A stretch of DNA of 64,000 nt from Gemmataceae bacterium (GTDB lineage Bacteria; Planctomycetota; Planctomycetia; Gemmatales; Gemmataceae): assembly GCA_035653735.1 (NCBI GenBank), contig DASRBG010000052.1:4990-68989 (forward strand), written 5' to 3'. The notes beneath the pieces were generated by a model. The model made no database searches and was not told the DNA's origin. It saw only the letters and a list, made by a program, of their open reading frames with translations. The position numbers and the translations under genes are program-made. This document shows positions 10,185-20,030 of this stretch, in pieces (position 1 is the first letter of the stretch; the number at the start of each line of letters is the position of its first letter).

Positions 10185-10664
10185 ATGTTCAAGAACGCAG
10201 CGGGCAAGAAAACAGCAGGCCCCATTCTATTGGCCGTGCTGTTGGTTGGCGTATTGGCGGCAGCGCGATCCTACCTGACAGCCTCCATCAACCGTCGACG
10301 CCGCGATGAACCGGTGATTGAGGTGCCTTTGAGTTATGAGACGGCCCATGCCCGGCTACGGCGCTGCCCTCGCTGGCACGTCGTCGATTCCCGTCCCGGA
10401 GCGCCCTGCTTCTGGGTAACACGGGAGCAGCGGCAAGCCAAGGAGTTGGCACATACGCTCCTCTTCGAGGACCGCACCCGCTGTTCGTGGGCCGACCGCC
10501 GCGGTGTTGTCCGCATCGAGCCGGTGGAGGCTCCCACCGCATCGATTTGCGTGGATGAATACGACACGAGTTATTGGCGCGTGGTTGGCGACGTGTACCT
10601 GGCCGGCGACCCGAAATTTGTCCGCGAAGTCGCCGAGTATCTGCTGGACGATGCCGGCCGTTAA
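10185..10664 (+). CDS. membrane-anchored hypothetical protein
   Basis: 159-aa ORF directly downstream of the ECF sigma gene with G/C-rich third positions. It has an N-terminal anchor (GPILLAVLLVGVLAAA). No recognisable motif. Confidence 0.5.
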   Translation: MFKNAAGKKTAGPILLAVLLVGVLAAARSYLTASINRRRRDEPVIEVPLSYETAHARLRRCPRWHVVDSRPGAPCFWVTREQRQAKELAHTLLFEDRTRCSWADRRGVVRIEPVEAPTASICVDEYDTSYWRVVGDVYLAGDPKFVREVAEYLLDDAGR

Positions 10665-10744
10665 CAAGGCAAGCGCCGCTGCCCGATGCCGAGAATATCG
10701 TTCGGGCAGCGGCGACCGGAAAGTTCAAGCACGAGGATCTCTCC

Positions 10745-12274
10745 ATGATGGCAAGACACTCCGCTGGCCGCTGGCTCATCTGCTGGTTCCCCAGTTGCCT
10801 GCTTCTGCTAGCGTTCGTAGGCGCGGCCGCTGCCGATCCGAAACCGCTGTCGAAGGAAGAGCAGGCTAAAGTCGATAAGGCGATTGAGAAAGGCATTGCC
10901 TACCTCAAGCGCGAGCAGACGAAGGAGGGAAACTGGCCGACTCATTGGGGAAAGCGGTTCTTGGTTGGCGAGTGCGCCTTGCCAGCTTACGCGCTGCTAG
11001 AAGCTGGCGTGCCGGGCAACGATCCGGTCATCCAAAAAGCGGCTGCCTTCATCCGCCCGAAGGTTGCCAACACGGATGACACGTATCAGCTATCGCTGGC
11101 CGTGTTGTTCTTTGATCGCCTCGGTGATCCGAAGGACGAGAAACTGATCCAAACGTGCGCTTTGCGGTTGATCGCTGGACAATTTTACTCGGGCGGATGG
11201 AGCTATGTCTGCCCGCGTTTTAAGGTGGGCCAAGATCTGGCGTTGCTCAAGGTTCTGGAGGCATTGAGCGAGCAAAGACAAGAGAAGAAAAGCCTGAAAG
11301 CAGCGTTCAAAGCGCTGGCAAACCCTGCTAGTGTTCTCATTTGGCCGTTACAGGCTCCTTGCTCCGTTCCGTGGTCGGGTGAGGTTCTGGAAGATTACAA
11401 AGACTACCGGCGTGGTACGAGAGAGCACAAGTTGCCGCCCTCGCTAAAAGGCTTCAAAGGGCTGGCAGTCTTTCAGGATCCAGAAATGCTCACTTGGCGC
11501 GAGGTAGGGTTCGACGCGAAAAACATGAATAATCCGGACAGTGTACCCCTTGTGGGATTGACGGATAATTCCAATACACAGTTCGCCATGCTCGCGTTGT
11601 GGGTGGCCCAGCGCCACGGCATACCAACCAAAGCCACATTTCGCCTGTTAGCGGCACGCTTCGACAGGGCCGAAGTGGGGATGTACCGGCTATCCAAGAA
11701 AGATCTGGGTTGGAGCAATGGTTCCATGATTTGTGTGGACTTACTTGGATTAGCCATTGGCCAAGGTCTGAAGTTTTCAGGCTCTGGTTCTTCGATACCG
11801 AGGGGAGATCTTCGCGTTATCGCGCGATTGGCGGCATTGTATGCAACAATTGGTTCACCAAGAGGACAGATGGACAAACCCCTTCCGCCAGAGGATGTTT
11901 ACTTCCTCTGGTCCTTGGAGCGTGTGGGAATGCTCTTCAATTTGCCTACCCTCGGTGATAAGGAATGGTATCGCTGGGGAGCAGAAATTCTTGTGGCGAA
12001 TCAACTCGATAGCGGAGAGTTTAGCGCTGTTAATTGGTGGAAGAAACTTGGCTTTGCATTACCGCGCAAAGAGCAATTAACTTATGGGCCATGCGTCAGT
12101 TCAGCGTTCGCACTATTGTTCCTCAAACACTCTCATCCAATGAAGGAGTTAACGCCCAACTTACCTTTTACCGCAAGGGAACTAAACGAAGGGATCACTC
12201 GCTTGCGATCCGGTAGCAGTCAACTGCAGGGATCGACAACAATTCCAAGCCGTAGCACGAAGCCTGGTCCCTGA
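10745..12274 (+). CDS. secreted prenyltransferase / terpene-cyclase-repeat-like (alpha-alpha toroid) protein
   Basis: The ORF opens at 10574, but the signal peptide starts at MMARHSAGRWLICWFPSCLLLLAFVGAAAA (ATG 10745). Repeats of the type KGIAYLKREQTKEGNW, LIAGQFYSGGWSY and ANQLDSGEFS are typical of squalene-oxidase/prenyltransferase repeats. Confidence 0.7.
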   Translation: MMARHSAGRWLICWFPSCLLLLAFVGAAAADPKPLSKEEQAKVDKAIEKGIAYLKREQTKEGNWPTHWGKRFLVGECALPAYALLEAGVPGNDPVIQKAAAFIRPKVANTDDTYQLSLAVLFFDRLGDPKDEKLIQTCALRLIAGQFYSGGWSYVCPRFKVGQDLALLKVLEALSEQRQEKKSLKAAFKALANPASVLIWPLQAPCSVPWSGEVLEDYKDYRRGTREHKLPPSLKGFKGLAVFQDPEMLTWREVGFDAKNMNNPDSVPLVGLTDNSNTQFAMLALWVAQRHGIPTKATFRLLAARFDRAEVGMYRLSKKDLGWSNGSMICVDLLGLAIGQGLKFSGSGSSIPRGDLRVIARLAALYATIGSPRGQMDKPLPPEDVYFLWSLERVGMLFNLPTLGDKEWYRWGAEILVANQLDSGEFSAVNWWKKLGFALPRKEQLTYGPCVSSAFALLFLKHSHPMKELTPNLPFTARELNEGITRLRSGSSQLQGSTTIPSRSTKPGP

Positions 12275-12444
12275 AGCGTCCGACAGGTTTTCCGTCTTTA
12301 GCATTGTCATCGCAGTGCCGATCACCTCGCGGCAACGGAGATGCTCTGCGCTGATTACAGGCGTATGACGGGGATCGGTATATTATCGTAGCCATCCCCG
12401 TTCGTATAGGTCCGTCTCACTTTTTCCCCATAAGGAGGTCTGTT

Positions 12445-14703
12445 ATGTTCTCTTTACGGTCACGTTTGTTCGGAGGATTGTTCCCACTCCTCACGGAATG
12501 TATGGCGCGTCGACGAGCAGCAAGGGCGGTCTATCGACAAACTCGACATCGTCAAGTCCGCCATTTCCGCCCTCGCCTCGAAGGGCTGGAAGAGCGAATG
12601 CTTCTCGATGCCGATGTTTTTCAACACTTGGTAAACGGAGTACTCCAACCCAGCACCGGAAGTTGGTCGCAGACCAATCTATGGTGGGATTTGAATCTCA
12701 ATAATGGGAATGGTGGTCCGGCGCTCGCACCACCCGGCGCCGGGGACACTGCCACTATCCCGGTGGGGGGAAGCTGCACGGTGACGAGTGGCGCGTCAGC
12801 GGAGGCCGTGACCGTTCAAGGCTCGATGCTCGTGGAGTCGACGTTATCCATCGACGGCAACCCTAATATGGGTCTCGGCTTTTTTTCCGTCAACGGCGGC
12901 TCCGCAACCGTTGGTGGTCCCGGCGGTACCAGCGGCGGCACCATTGATACCATCAGCCTGGGTATTAGCACCAACCCACAAACTGGGAGTCTCGGCTCGC
13001 TTGCCATCGGCGACCCTCGGGACGGGATGAGCGGTGTCGTGGATGTTTCTCAAGGCATGACCAACGCCGGCACGCTCACCGTCGGCGGCGCCGGTGGAAG
13101 CAGCGGCGTTCTCGATGTGTATTCGCTAACCGCCGGCGGACCAACTATCAATGCCAACGGCACCATCGAGGTCAAACACGATGCGAACTTCATGGGCACC
13201 ACCACGATAGCCGGCGGCGTCATCAAGGCCGACAACATCGACGCCAATGACGGTGCCAGCGTCACCATAGGCGGTGGCGGCGCTACCGTCACCAGCGGGC
13301 CGTTGAGCGGCAACCTCACTGCTGAGATCAATGCCTCCTTCACCCTTACCGGTCCCGTTACCCTCGGGACGGGCGCTACACTGGGCGACGGCAAGTTCTT
13401 TATTGACGGCCCGCTGACCGTCGATGAACCGCTCACGGTCGAGAACGCGGAATTCGACCTCCAAGATGACGGCAGCACGACCTTCGGTTCCATCGGTGGC
13501 TCTGGCTCGATCGATTTTTCCAACCATGAGTTCGATTGGGAGGGCGGCACCATCGGCGGACTGACCGGCGGCGGCTTCACGATTGAAGGCCAAGCCGATT
13601 TCAGTACTTCCGGCAGCAACCCGAAGACCCTCGCCACGACCCTGACCAACATTGGCCCGAGCACGGTTGATTTCGAGGGGCCGGGGTCGCTGACGATCGC
13701 TGGACCCGGTTCACCCGCGGGCACCGGAGCGCTGATCAACGAGGCATCGGCAGTAATTCCGATGGAGCTATCGGAGGATCTCAGCGGCGGAGGGACGTTC
13801 ACCAACGCCGGCTACCTCAACATCGTCATGACCAGCGGCGGACCCAGCAGCGTAATCATCACCGCTCCCCTGGACAATACCCCTGCCGGCGTCATCGACG
13901 ACGAACTCGGGGCCGGGACGCTAACCCTTGACGATACTAGCGCCGGAAGCATTCTCGATGGCAGCATCGACCTTCACTCCAACGGTCTCGCTATCCTCGG
14001 CCTGTATACGACCGATTCCTCGCTCTCGGTGGATGACAGCGGCGCGACGACCGTGTCCGGCACGCTAACCATCGCTTCGGAGGCTAGTGCCGACATTGAT
14101 GCCCTGAGCTTATCAAGCGGCGGCACCATCACCGGAGCAGGTGATCTAACCATCGACGGCGACTGTTACTGGACGAGCGGCACCATCAGCGGCAGCGGCA
14201 GCTTCACGGTCGGCGGGGCAGGGACGTTGTATGTGACCGGGTCCGGTACGTTGAGCCGCAATCTTGACGTGGAAGGCACGGTGGAATGGGAATCCAGCGG
14301 CGTCAGTATCGCCTCCGGCGCAGTAATCGATATCGAGGAGAGCGGCTATTTCAATTACGAGATTAGCCATGATTCGATGCCAACGTTGAACAACGACGGC
14401 ACCCTGGAAATCGGCGCGGGCGACGTGCTGATGCCTACTACATTCACGCAGTCCAGCTCCGGGAAGTTACAAATCGATATTGCTAGCGATAACCCCTACG
14501 GCTATGGCTTCCTCGACGTGTCGGGTTCGGCGACCTTGGACGGCACGTTGGACGGAAACTTGGAGAACGGCTACCAGCCAACATCGGGTACGGCTTTCGA
14601 CGTCCTGAACTTCGGTTCGAGCAGCGGCCAGTTCGCCACGGTTGATCCGCAAGGCTGGACAGCGGATTATAACCCGACCAGCGTCGACTTGGTTGCCGGC
14701 TGA
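12445..14703 (+). CDS. secreted Gly/Thr/Ser-rich repeat protein (predicted beta-helix)
   Basis: 752-aa ORF with a strong RBS (AAGGAGG 6 nt upstream of the ATG). The N-terminus is Arg-rich and followed by LEGLEERMLLDA. Most of the protein is degenerate G/T/S/D-rich repeats such as GSGSIDF and GAGTLYVTGSGTLS. Confidence 0.75.
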   Translation: MFSLRSRLFGGLFPLLTECMARRRAARAVYRQTRHRQVRHFRPRLEGLEERMLLDADVFQHLVNGVLQPSTGSWSQTNLWWDLNLNNGNGGPALAPPGAGDTATIPVGGSCTVTSGASAEAVTVQGSMLVESTLSIDGNPNMGLGFFSVNGGSATVGGPGGTSGGTIDTISLGISTNPQTGSLGSLAIGDPRDGMSGVVDVSQGMTNAGTLTVGGAGGSSGVLDVYSLTAGGPTINANGTIEVKHDANFMGTTTIAGGVIKADNIDANDGASVTIGGGGATVTSGPLSGNLTAEINASFTLTGPVTLGTGATLGDGKFFIDGPLTVDEPLTVENAEFDLQDDGSTTFGSIGGSGSIDFSNHEFDWEGGTIGGLTGGGFTIEGQADFSTSGSNPKTLATTLTNIGPSTVDFEGPGSLTIAGPGSPAGTGALINEASAVIPMELSEDLSGGGTFTNAGYLNIVMTSGGPSSVIITAPLDNTPAGVIDDELGAGTLTLDDTSAGSILDGSIDLHSNGLAILGLYTTDSSLSVDDSGATTVSGTLTIASEASADIDALSLSSGGTITGAGDLTIDGDCYWTSGTISGSGSFTVGGAGTLYVTGSGTLSRNLDVEGTVEWESSGVSIASGAVIDIEESGYFNYEISHDSMPTLNNDGTLEIGAGDVLMPTTFTQSSSGKLQIDIASDNPYGYGFLDVSGSATLDGTLDGNLENGYQPTSGTAFDVLNFGSSSGQFATVDPQGWTADYNPTSVDLVAG

Positions 14704-14795
14704 TCGCAATACTCTCCGCCTGAGCGCGCACAGGCTGAGAGAATCACATTGGTGTTCCCTCGAAATTACTTCCGCTTCCCACTCGTTACCTGTCG

Positions 14796-15905
14796 TTAGC
14801 GCTGATAAATCGGCAGCGCGGCGTTATCCAATTGGAGAATGGTCAAATACGCTGGCGTGGTGAAATGGGCATCAACCATGATGCCGCCGGAGCCGGTCCA
14901 ACTGCCGTCGGCGGACTGCGAACGGATGATGCCGTCGAAATTCTCCTTTTTGTATCCACTCCAGGTTATTCGGTCACTGGGCTTGGAATCGGGGAATAGC
15001 CGGGCGTAGCCGTCGTCGCCCAGGACGTAGACGGCCTGGGCATAGTAGTAGTTGCTGTATTCCTCGAATCCCTGGCGCGTGCCGCCGCCCAGACCGTGCA
15101 GGTTTTGCTGGCAGAATTTGAACCATTTCTTGACCAAAGGCGAATTGTAATCGCCGAAGCCGAAACCGCAGGAGATGGCCGCCGCCGTGAGAGCGGGCCG
15201 GCCGCCGCCGCCGGCGTGGCCGGCGCCCAGGCTGTACACCACGCCACCCTGGCTGTTGGTCGAATCGGCCAGGTATTTCTGGGCCATTTTGATCGCTTGC
15301 TGCGGGACGGCGATGCCGGCGTTGCGGGCGGCGCGCAGGGCTTGCACTTGCGTGATCGTCACCGAGCCTTCGTCAAAGTTGTTGCCCTCCCGCGCGGAAA
15401 CGTAGCCCCAGCCGCCGCGGTCGGTTTGCGCCGAGGCCGAAAACTTGCAGGCGCGTTCGAGAATGTCCACTAATCGGCGGCGGCGGTCGCCCTCTTCTTC
15501 TTCGCCGACGACGCAGGACAAAAAGAGCGTGCCGAAACCGTGGCCGTACATGTAGCGGCCCGACTCGCCGGGCATGTTCGGATTGCCGATCATGCCGTTG
15601 GGGTGGGAATGGGACATCAGCCAATCCGCGGCTCGACGGATGTTATCCTTGTACTTGCCTTCGCGGATGGTGCTGCCTTCCATCAGCATGGCCATGCCGG
15701 AAATGCCCGTCATGGCCACGGGGAATTGACCGCCGAACGCCTCCCAATGGCCGTCCTTGTGCTGGTTTTTGGCCAGCCACTCCAGCCCTTTTTGGACGGC
15801 CTTGCGTTGCTCCGGCGACATGCCGTCAGCCCGCGCCGCCGGCGCAGATAATACGGCGAACAGGATCACACCGCAGGGGAGAGAACGTACGTACATGACG
15901 ATCAA
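14796..15905 (-). CDS. secreted prenyltransferase / terpene-cyclase-repeat-like protein
   Basis: 369-aa ORF with a signal peptide (LPCGVILFAVLSAPAARA). Repeats: GLEWLAKNQHKDGHW, SAQTDRGGWGY, RSQSADGSWTG. Confidence 0.75.
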   Translation of the reverse strand: MIVMYVRSLPCGVILFAVLSAPAARADGMSPEQRKAVQKGLEWLAKNQHKDGHWEAFGGQFPVAMTGISGMAMLMEGSTIREGKYKDNIRRAADWLMSHSHPNGMIGNPNMPGESGRYMYGHGFGTLFLSCVVGEEEEGDRRRRLVDILERACKFSASAQTDRGGWGYVSAREGNNFDEGSVTITQVQALRAARNAGIAVPQQAIKMAQKYLADSTNSQGGVVYSLGAGHAGGGGRPALTAAAISCGFGFGDYNSPLVKKWFKFCQQNLHGLGGGTRQGFEEYSNYYYAQAVYVLGDDGYARLFPDSKPSDRITWSGYKKENFDGIIRSQSADGSWTGSGGIMVDAHFTTPAYLTILQLDNAALPIYQR

Positions 15906-16063
15906 CTCCTACAAGCCCGAAGCGCCAGCGACGGGCGCCTTCTTTCATGACGATTGTAGCAACGAATTCTGACCGCCGCATCCTCCTTTGGACGGTGACG
16001 CGAGCCGGCTCGCCGGCTTGTCGCCTTGCGGCGTTGCCGCGGGGCGGGCTACAATACGCTCCC

Positions 16064-17266
16064 ATGAATGCCAGCCGCGCTAAATCTTCGCGCCGCCGTC
16101 TCGTCGTTCTCGGCTCCACCGGCTCGATCGGCACCAATTGCCTCGATGTCGTGGACCATCTGAGCGACCGTCTGGAGGTGCATGGACTCAGCGCCCATTC
16201 GAGCGGCGACACCCTTCTCCAGCAGGCGGAGCGCTATCGGCCGCGCTGGGTGGCGCTGACCGATGCCGAGGCGGCGAAACAATTCGATGCGTCGCGGCTG
16301 CCGCCCGGATGCCGGCTGCTTCACGGACCCGACGCCGTGGCCGAGATGGTGCAAGATCCCGAGGTGGACATTGTTGTCACCGCCATCGTGGGCGCCGCGG
16401 GTTTATTGGGCACCTGGGCCGCCCTGGAAGCCGGCAAAACCGTTGCGGTTGCCAACAAGGAAACGCTGGTCCTTGCCGGGGCGCTCGTCACCGATCTGGC
16501 CGCTCGCCGCGGCGGGCGGCTCTTGCCGGTCGATAGCGAGCATAGCGCCATTTTCCAGGCCATGCAAGGCAGTCCGCCCGGCGCGGTCGAACGCATCGTA
16601 CTAACCGGCAGTGGCGGGCCGTTTCGCGGCCGAACACGGGTCGAATTGGCGGAGGTCACGGTCGAGGAAGCCCTCAATCATCCGACCTGGCGCATGGGTC
16701 CGAAAATCACCATCGACTCGGCCACGCTTATGAACAAGGCGCTGGAGGTCATTGAGGCCCGCTGGTTGTTTGGCCTGTCCCCCGAGCGCATCGATGTCAT
16801 TATCCACCCGGAATCAGTCATTCATTCATTCGTCGAATTCAAGGACGGTTCGGTCCTGGCCCAGCTATCCCCGCCGGACATGCGCTTGCCGATCCAGTAC
16901 GCGCTGATGTATCCGGAACGGGTGGCGGGTCCGGCTCGACGGCTGAACTGGCGCGAATTGTCGGCGTGGCATTTTGAGCAACCCGATCACGAGACATTTC
17001 CCGCCCTACAATTAGGGTATGAGGTCGCGCGTCGCGGCGGAACTTGTGGCGCGGTGCTCAATGCCGCCAACGAAGCGGCCGTCGAGCGCTTCTTGCGGGG
17101 CGATCTGGATTTTCTCGATATTTCCCGCGCGTGCCGTGCGGCTTTAGATCATCATCATTACAGCCCAACGCCGACGCTCGCCGAATTGAGCGCCTGCGAT
17201 CGTTGGGCGCGACAGGAGGTAGGCCGTTGGACCAGTCCCCGAACCCGAACCGCCCCGATCCCATAA
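16064..17266 (+). CDS. dxr: 1-deoxy-D-xylulose 5-phosphate reductoisomerase
   Basis: RRLVVLGSTGSIGTNCLDV is the NADPH-binding N-terminus. Family-typical segments follow: LPVDSEHSAIFQ, ITLTGSGGPFR, HPTWRMGPKITIDSATLMNKALEVIEA. The ORF opens at 15947, but the family start is the ATG at 16064. Confidence 0.93.
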   Translation: MNASRAKSSRRRLVVLGSTGSIGTNCLDVVDHLSDRLEVHGLSAHSSGDTLLQQAERYRPRWVALTDAEAAKQFDASRLPPGCRLLHGPDAVAEMVQDPEVDIVVTAIVGAAGLLGTWAALEAGKTVAVANKETLVLAGALVTDLAARRGGRLLPVDSEHSAIFQAMQGSPPGAVERIVLTGSGGPFRGRTRVELAEVTVEEALNHPTWRMGPKITIDSATLMNKALEVIEARWLFGLSPERIDVIIHPESVIHSFVEFKDGSVLAQLSPPDMRLPIQYALMYPERVAGPARRLNWRELSAWHFEQPDHETFPALQLGYEVARRGGTCGAVLNAANEAAVERFLRGDLDFLDISRACRAALDHHHYSPTPTLAELSACDRWARQEVGRWTSPRTRTAPIP

Positions 17267-19800
17267 AACCCAATGCTGATGTTCCTGCCGCACCGCCGGT
17301 CGAGGCTGCGCCGCCTCTGACGCCGGCGGCTTGGTTGGCCAACAATGCCATTTATCTTGTCATTGTGGGCGTCGCCGTCGGCCTGCTGTGGTACAAACTC
17401 GGCCTGGAAGGTGTTTGGGCCGCGGCCAAGGTAGTTATCGGCGTCGGCTTCGTCATTTTCATCCACGAGTTGGGACATTTCCTGGCCGCCAAGTGGTGCG
17501 ATGTTCACGTCCAGACCTTCAGCATCGGCTTCGGTCCCGCTCTGCCCGGTTGCAGCTTCCAGCGCGGCGAGACCACCTACAAGCTCGCCGTGCTGCCGTT
17601 GGGCGGTTACGTCAACATGGTCGGCGAAGGGTTGGAAACCGACGAGGACGAGAATTATCCGCGCTCGTTCAAGAACAAGACGGTCGGCCAACGCATGCTC
17701 ATCATTTCGGCCGGCGTCATCATGAACGTGCTTCTTAGCTGCGTCCTGTTCATCGTGGTGTATTACCATGGCGTCCCCAAGCGGCCGGCCGTCGTCGGCC
17801 GCGTCGATGCCGGTGGGGCGATGTGGCAAAAGGGCATCCCGAGCGGCTCCCTCATTACCAACCTGGACGGCATCTCGGACCCCACGTTCGAGAACTTGCG
17901 GCGCAAAGTCATCCTCTCGGCCAAGGGCGAAGAGCTGCCCTTCACCATCCAGGAGTTCGGTCCCAACGGCGAGCCAAAGGACAATCCAAAAACGGTGAAT
18001 CTGTTGCCCCGGCTGGAGTCAAGCGATCAGAACCCGGTGGTCGGTGTGGCGCCGCCCGAACAGCTGCGGCTGCCGCCTAAACCCGAGAAAGATCTCGGTT
18101 TTCTCCCTGTCCTTAAGGGCAGTCCCGCTGCCGCGGCGCGTCCTATCCCAGTGAAAGTGGATGAAGTCATCGTCGCCGCCACTGATCCAGACAAACCCGA
18201 CACCCTGAAGCGGATCGATCATGATCTCAAAGCCGGCACATTCGATTATCAAGAGTTGGCCCGACGCGTTCTCGCGCTCCGCGACAAAAAAATGCTCGTT
18301 CGCGTTTTGCCCAAGGGAGCCGATGAAAAAGAGAAACCCGACGAGCGCGAGGTGAAGGTAGAGGGCTTCCAGTGGAACGATGCCATTATCGGCTGCACCG
18401 AGGTGCAACACGCCGGCTCCTACAATCCCTTCCGCGTCAGCGATTTGCCTCGTGATCCACGCCATCAGCAGGACGCCGACACTACCGACCAGCCCACCGA
18501 TGACCGGCGCGATCCGTTCGTCTTCCACAAGCATCTCGGACGGCTCGCGGGACTGCCAATCGTCATCCAGGTGCGCCGCGGCGATCCGAACAACACGTCC
18601 ATGCGCGAGAACACGGCTTCAGGCCCTCCCGTCAATCTGTTCGTACCGCCTGCTTATCATTACACCTTTGGCATGCGCATGAAGATGGGAAAGGTGGCCG
18701 CCGTCCGCGAGGATTCGTCCGCGGCCCAAGCCGGCGTCAAGAAGGGCGATGAGCTTACCAAGGTCGTCCTGATCGATGAACACGGCAAGGAATTGTTCTC
18801 ACGAGAGGATCTCGATCCCGAACGCTTGCCCTTCGAGCTGGCGCAGGCGGCGGCCAAAGCTCCGGGAAAGAAGAAAGTGATCCTCACGCTGCGCCGCGAA
18901 GCGGAGCATGCTCCCAAGGACATCACCTGCGATCCGGTCGTTTGGGACGATTCGTGGGACAACGACGAGGAATCGCCGATGAGTATTGCCTCTCCCTTGC
19001 CCATTGCTCAGCTCGGCGTCGCCTACTGGGTGCTGAGCCAAATCGTCGAGGTCAAACCGGATTCGCCGGCCGCCCGAGCGGGGCTGAAAAAAGACGATAC
19101 GCTCAAGGAATATCGCATGCGGGAGCAATCGCGGCTGACGCGGCAGCTTGGCTGGTCGGAATGGGGCGAGCTGAAGACCGAGCGGAACGGCAATTCCATC
19201 TACGATCGCTGGGCGGCTCCGTTCTGGTACCTGCAGTTAGGCGAAAATAAGGAAATGCAGGTCAAGGTGGAACGTCCCGGCGGGAGTGTGGAGGAGCCTC
19301 TCACCTTGACCGCCGAGGAGGACCGGACCTGGCCGTTGGTTTCACGCGGCCTTAACCTGCAAGACGATTACAAGATCCAGAAGGCCGACAGCCTCGGCGA
19401 CGCCCTCGTTCTCGGCGGCCGAGAGACGGGCGACATGATCATCCTCATGTATTTACAGCTGCGCAGCTTGGCCACGGGGCGCGTGTCCATCAAGCAGGCG
19501 GGTGGGCCGATCGCCATCGGCGTGCAGGGGTTCTTCGTCGCTCAGGCCGGCAATTTCGAGCTGTTGTTGTTTTTGGGCATCATCAGCATCAATTTGGCGG
19601 TGGTCAACTTCCTGCCCATCCCCATTCTCGATGGCGGACACATGGTTTTCTTGATTTATGAAAAGCTGCGAGGCCGGCCGCCTACGGAAAAAGCCCGCGT
19701 CGTGGCCACCTATATTGGCCTGGCCATGATTGGTTTTCTCATGCTGTTCGTATTTTATCAGGACATCCAGAAATATGTAATCAAGATGTTCGGCAGCTGA
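17227..19800 (+). CDS. rseP: site-2 (M50 family) membrane metalloprotease, RseP-like, with extended PDZ region
   Basis: Has HELGHFLAAK (HExxH) in the first membrane helix and the C-terminal NLAVVNFLPIPILDGGH motif. The ORF opens at a TTG at 17044, deep inside dxr, and has no internal ATG before the HExxH. The in-frame TTG at 17227 sits 6 nt after AGGAGG (17215..17220). Confidence 0.85.
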   Translation: MDQSPNPNRPDPIKPNADVPAAPPVEAAPPLTPAAWLANNAIYLVIVGVAVGLLWYKLGLEGVWAAAKVVIGVGFVIFIHELGHFLAAKWCDVHVQTFSIGFGPALPGCSFQRGETTYKLAVLPLGGYVNMVGEGLETDEDENYPRSFKNKTVGQRMLIISAGVIMNVLLSCVLFIVVYYHGVPKRPAVVGRVDAGGAMWQKGIPSGSLITNLDGISDPTFENLRRKVILSAKGEELPFTIQEFGPNGEPKDNPKTVNLLPRLESSDQNPVVGVAPPEQLRLPPKPEKDLGFLPVLKGSPAAAARPIPVKVDEVIVAATDPDKPDTLKRIDHDLKAGTFDYQELARRVLALRDKKMLVRVLPKGADEKEKPDEREVKVEGFQWNDAIIGCTEVQHAGSYNPFRVSDLPRDPRHQQDADTTDQPTDDRRDPFVFHKHLGRLAGLPIVIQVRRGDPNNTSMRENTASGPPVNLFVPPAYHYTFGMRMKMGKVAAVREDSSAAQAGVKKGDELTKVVLIDEHGKELFSREDLDPERLPFELAQAAAKAPGKKKVILTLRREAEHAPKDITCDPVVWDDSWDNDEESPMSIASPLPIAQLGVAYWVLSQIVEVKPDSPAARAGLKKDDTLKEYRMREQSRLTRQLGWSEWGELKTERNGNSIYDRWAAPFWYLQLGENKEMQVKVERPGGSVEEPLTLTAEEDRTWPLVSRGLNLQDDYKIQKADSLGDALVLGGRETGDMIILMYLQLRSLATGRVSIKQAGGPIAIGVQGFFVAQAGNFELLLFLGIISINLAVVNFLPIPILDGGHMVFLIYEKLRGRPPTEKARVVATYIGLAMIGFLMLFVFYQDIQKYVIKMFGS

Positions 19801-19814
19801 GAAGGAGATGCCTC

Positions 19815-20027
19815 ATGACACGATCTTCTGCTCATCGCCCCAGCGCCGTTCAGGTGGAAAAATCGCCACTGCCGATGCCATCCAACGGCGGCTCCAGCGG
19901 TGCTCCGGCCGCGCCGCCGGCATCGAGTGTGGCGTGGTACTGGCGTCTGGCCCTGTTTTTGTGGGCCACATCGTTCGCATTTCTGCTGCTGTATGAATGG
20001 CTGGCAGGCATCATCAAGGCATGGTAA
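19815..20027 (+). CDS. small hypothetical membrane protein
   Basis: 70-aa ORF whose ATG lies 7 nt after GAAGGAG (19801..19807). It has a C-terminal hydrophobic helix (WYWRLALFLWATSFAFLLLYEWLAGII). No homology recognised. Confidence 0.4.
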   Translation: MTRSSAHRPSAVQVEKSPLPMPSNGGSSGAPAAPPASSVAWYWRLALFLWATSFAFLLLYEWLAGIIKAW

Positions 20028-20030
20028 ACG

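Noticed and set aside
16026-16066. TTGCGG-18 nt-TACAAT ending 8 nt before the dxr ATG, which would imply a leaderless dxr mRNA.
   Set aside because: This is motif evidence only, with a weak -35, and the planctomycete promoter consensus is uncertain. It is not strong enough to report as a feature, though TSS mapping could test it. I also noticed and did not report a similar weak match (TTGCTG-17-TCTAAT, 28959..28987) upstream of the tRNA.
17044-17226. Upstream extension of rseP to the TTG at 17044. Similar maximal ORF starts occur for dxr (15947), metK (34831), the second ECF sigma (22587), the Omp85-like gene (39391), the toroid protein (10574) and Rrf2 (7406).
   Set aside because: The extensions overlap neighbouring genes or encode Arg-rich non-homologous leaders. 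Family-typical N-termini, signal peptides or RBS motifs support the internal starts.
19808-19996. Alternative small ORF (62 aa) starting at the ATG at 19808, overlapping the 19815..20027 call.
   Set aside because: Its ATG abuts the GAAGGAG motif with no spacer, and the product is Arg/Ser/Gly-rich without a hydrophobic segment. The 19815 frame has proper spacing and a clear membrane helix, although even that call has low confidence.
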